From: Azolla caroliniana
Lineage: Eukaryota; Plantae; Polypodiophyta
Assembly: GCA_043228905.1 (NCBI GenBank)
Contig: JBHGNT010000015.1
Span: 11,408,001 to 11,472,000, forward strand
Reading direction: 5' to 3'
DNA length: 64,000 bases
The notes beneath the pieces were generated by a model. The model saw only the letters and a list, made by a program, of their open reading frames with translations. It searched no databases and was not told the origin of the DNA. The position numbers and the translations under genes are program-made. Within the stretch, counting starts at the first letter, position 1. Every line of letters starts with the position of its first letter. Below are positions 61,101 to 64,000 of this stretch, in pieces.

Positions 61101-64000
61101 AATCCCCACTTTTGGAAGGGGTCTAGTGGTAATACGGGCTGGTGTGGCATCCTTGCGCCCTCTGCGGGTTGTCCCATCCGTTGACACAAATCACACTTTC
61201 TACAATACGCGGATGTGTCCTTCTGGGTTGTTGGCCACCATAGGCCCGCCTGCTATACTTTCCAGTCTGTAACGTCGCCCGCGTAATGGCCGCCTGTCGT
61301 GCCGCAGTGTGCCTCTCGTAAAACTGCTTCCTTCTCATCCTGTCATACCCCACGTCGCCAAATGTCGTCACTGCCTTTGTGATATAAAATGCCTTCGACG
61401 AGGCAGAAGTGATGGCTTCGGATGGCTAGTCGTTTCTTCTCGTTCGTGCGTAATTGTGGTGGAGGCAGTCCCGTAGTCAAAAAGTACGTCATTTCCATAA
61501 GCCATCGGTCCGGAAAGGTCGATTCCGTTCTTTCTGCTAGTGTCGCTACCCGCAGGATATCAACGTCCGGAATATCGTTGTCATCTTTCTGTATTGTTTC
61601 TCCATTCTCGAGTCTGCTCAAAAAATCCGCCATTGCGTGTTGCGTCCCTGGTCGGTGTTGGATTACGAAATCGAATTCCTGGAGCAGCAGCAATCACCGC
61701 GCCAATTTCCCTGTCAAGGCTTGTTTCTCCACCAAATATAGTAGCGCCGAATGATCCACGTGGAACGTGAATTTCCTTCCTAATAAAAAGTGCCGGAATT
61801 TATTGATGATATAGATCATCCCTAGCACCTCCCGCTCTGTTGTGGAGTAGTTATGCTCTGTTGTTGATAATTTGCGACTAGGGTAGTATACTGGCCGGTA
61901 CCAGCTTGGTTCGGTGAGCTACATTAGTTCACTTCCTATTGCTATGTCTAAGGCGTCGACGAACACGTGGAATGGCTTCGCCCAAACTGGTGGTTGTACG
62001 ACGGGAGCCTGTGTGAGCATTATCTTAACTGCCTCGTAGGCCTTATCCTCCGTTGCAGTCCATTGGAAAGGAGTCTGATGTACGACAGCGTGTAACAGCG
62101 TGGCAAAGTCCGCCAAATATCGTATCATCCGACTATGCCACCATATTTGTCCCAAAAACCGGCTGAGTGATTTGGCGTTTGTCAGAGTGTTGGCTTGCGT
62201 AATCGCAGAGATTTTGTTCGGGTCAACCGCTATTCCCTCCTTGCTGACTATATGGCCCAGGAGAGTCCCGTTAGTCACGCCGAAAGCACATTTCGTGGGA
62301 TTCAGGCTTAAGCGTGCGGTGCGGCAACGTTCCAGGCACAGTTGTAAGTGCGAAAAATGGTCTATTGTTCTCCCATATACCGCAAAGTCGTCTAAACAAA
62401 CTTGCATGAACGCCGGAATGTATTCCCCAAAGATCTCTGTAATTATCCGTTGAAATGTTGTCAGCGCCGTCTTTAGCCCGAACATCATGACCACTGCCAC
62501 ATATACTCCCCAGTCCGTGACAAATGCCGTCTTTTCTTGGTCCTCGGGATGCATGTGTACCTGGTTATAGCCACTGAAGCCATCTAAAAAATTGTACATC
62601 TCATGGCCTGCGACGACGTCCAATACGCTATCGGTGAAAGGTAAGGGAAATGCGTCTGTAATAGTGACGGCATTTAATTTTCGGTAATCTATGCATACCT
62701 GTATTTTGCCGCTTTTCTTTGGAACGACCACTATCGGGCTTAACCATGTCGCTTGTTTAACTAGTCGTATGAACCCCGCCTTCAGGAGCTTGTCAATTTC
62801 TTCTTTCACGCGGGTCGCGTAGTTCGGGTTCATGCGGTAGCGGCGCTGCTGAACGGGTTTCGCGTCGGTTGCTAAATTGATCTTATGCTGATAGAACTTG
62901 GGATTTAACCCCTTCATGTCCTCGTGAGGCCAAGTGAACACATCCTTATATTCCGTGAGTAGTGTGATCATCGTGTTTCGCTGGTCCGGCCTTAATTCCT
63001 TTGCGATGGAGAGGAAACGAGGCTCCGATTCCGTACCCATATTTACTTCTTCAAGGGCGGAAGCGGTGACTCGTCATGAAATCTCCATTTCCCTTTCGAA
63101 TGCCGCCCGTGCCCTGCTGAGTTCCAATATGGACTCTGGGTTTGGTTCGTAAAGCTCGTCGTGGCATATTTTGCCGCGGTTGCGATGACGTCTATTTCAA
63201 ACAGCGGAATAATCTGAGGGTGCTTGTCGAGGTATGCCTCTAATTCTGCATCCTCCACCCCAGCCAGCATATTTATATCTTCTGCGTATAATGGTGTTAT
63301 ACCCTTCAGTTGTGGCATGCTTCCTTCCGTAGGTACGCGAACCTTGGTGCGTCCGTGTCGAAAACTAATACACTTGTGTTGCCAGCTCTACTTGATATTT
63401 GCTGCCCGAAGCCATGGTCTGCCCAGCAGCACTGGGTACGCCCCTAGGGCATCCAAGGAGAGGATGACCACCGAGATGTCGAATCGGTGTCCGCCCACGA
63501 TAATGCCTATTTTGCGAATTAACCCTAATGGTCGTACTGAGCGGGTATCTGCCATTCGGGCAAGCCTCCCATTTTGAAATGCCTAACTATTCGCAAGTTT
63601 TCGCGCTAATTACATTGACGCCTGAGCCGCCGTCGATTACGCATCCAAGAATTTCCTATCCGTGTAATATTAATGTAATAGCCAAGTTGTGTTGATCCAC
63701 TACCAGCGGTCCACTGCTAACGTCTGTAAGGTTTGTAGCGATACTCACCCCAGGTATGCCTGTCACCCATTCTTCCATGGTCTGGCGGAAGCGTGGGACT
63801 AGCTGCAGCAGTTTCTCCAAGGTTAACGTTATAGCACAGCCCGCTAACGCCTGGCAAATGGGGTCTGGAACTGGTCTTTCGTCCTCTGCTCACTCCATTG
63901 TGTTCGCGAACTCCTTCTGCATACGTTCCGTATTTGTCGCATTTGCTTTTTCCACCCACGCTTGGGCTTGTCGGCGTACCTTGTCTTGCGCAGCCCAATC
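58116..64000 (-). mobile_element. Non-chromovirus Ty3/gypsy (same family as 54750-57855): PR-RT-RH-INT, extra ORF(s), 3' LTR starting at 58512; runs off the window end
   Basis: RT 61919-63040 (FLDGFSGYNQ, CLDDF, VFVDA), LLQEFDF, WGLDFVGP..TDYCTKW, coiled-coil/acidic ORF 58560-60250, TATA on the minus strand near 58390. Confidence 0.9.

Overview
Repeat-dense eukaryotic, non-genic plant DNA, probably from a fern or other non-seed land plant (inferred from element types, GT-AG introns and frequent C>T premature stops). No intact host gene was recognised. The window is a nest of Ty1/copia and Ty3/gypsy LTR retrotransposons plus an apparently endonuclease-less Penelope-like retroelement (PLE). The PLE has a type I hammerhead ribozyme at its 3' end and its 5' coding region is amplified into a ~1.34-kb tandem array. 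The standout is a 9.25-kb DNA transposon (35538-44786; 36-bp TIRs, apparent 4-bp TSD, Sola-like DDD/E transposase). It carries a divergently transcribed 6-exon gene for a ParB-like domain fused to a prokaryote-type beta-class amino (N6-A/N4-C) DNA methyltransferase, and intron 1 of that gene holds ten palindromes spaced 51 bp apart. Other oddities: a tRNA-Arg-like motif replacing the PPT in two related gypsy elements, tRNA-like Pol III cassettes inside LTRs, and repeated LTR insertions at (A/C)CGT sites in the PLE array.
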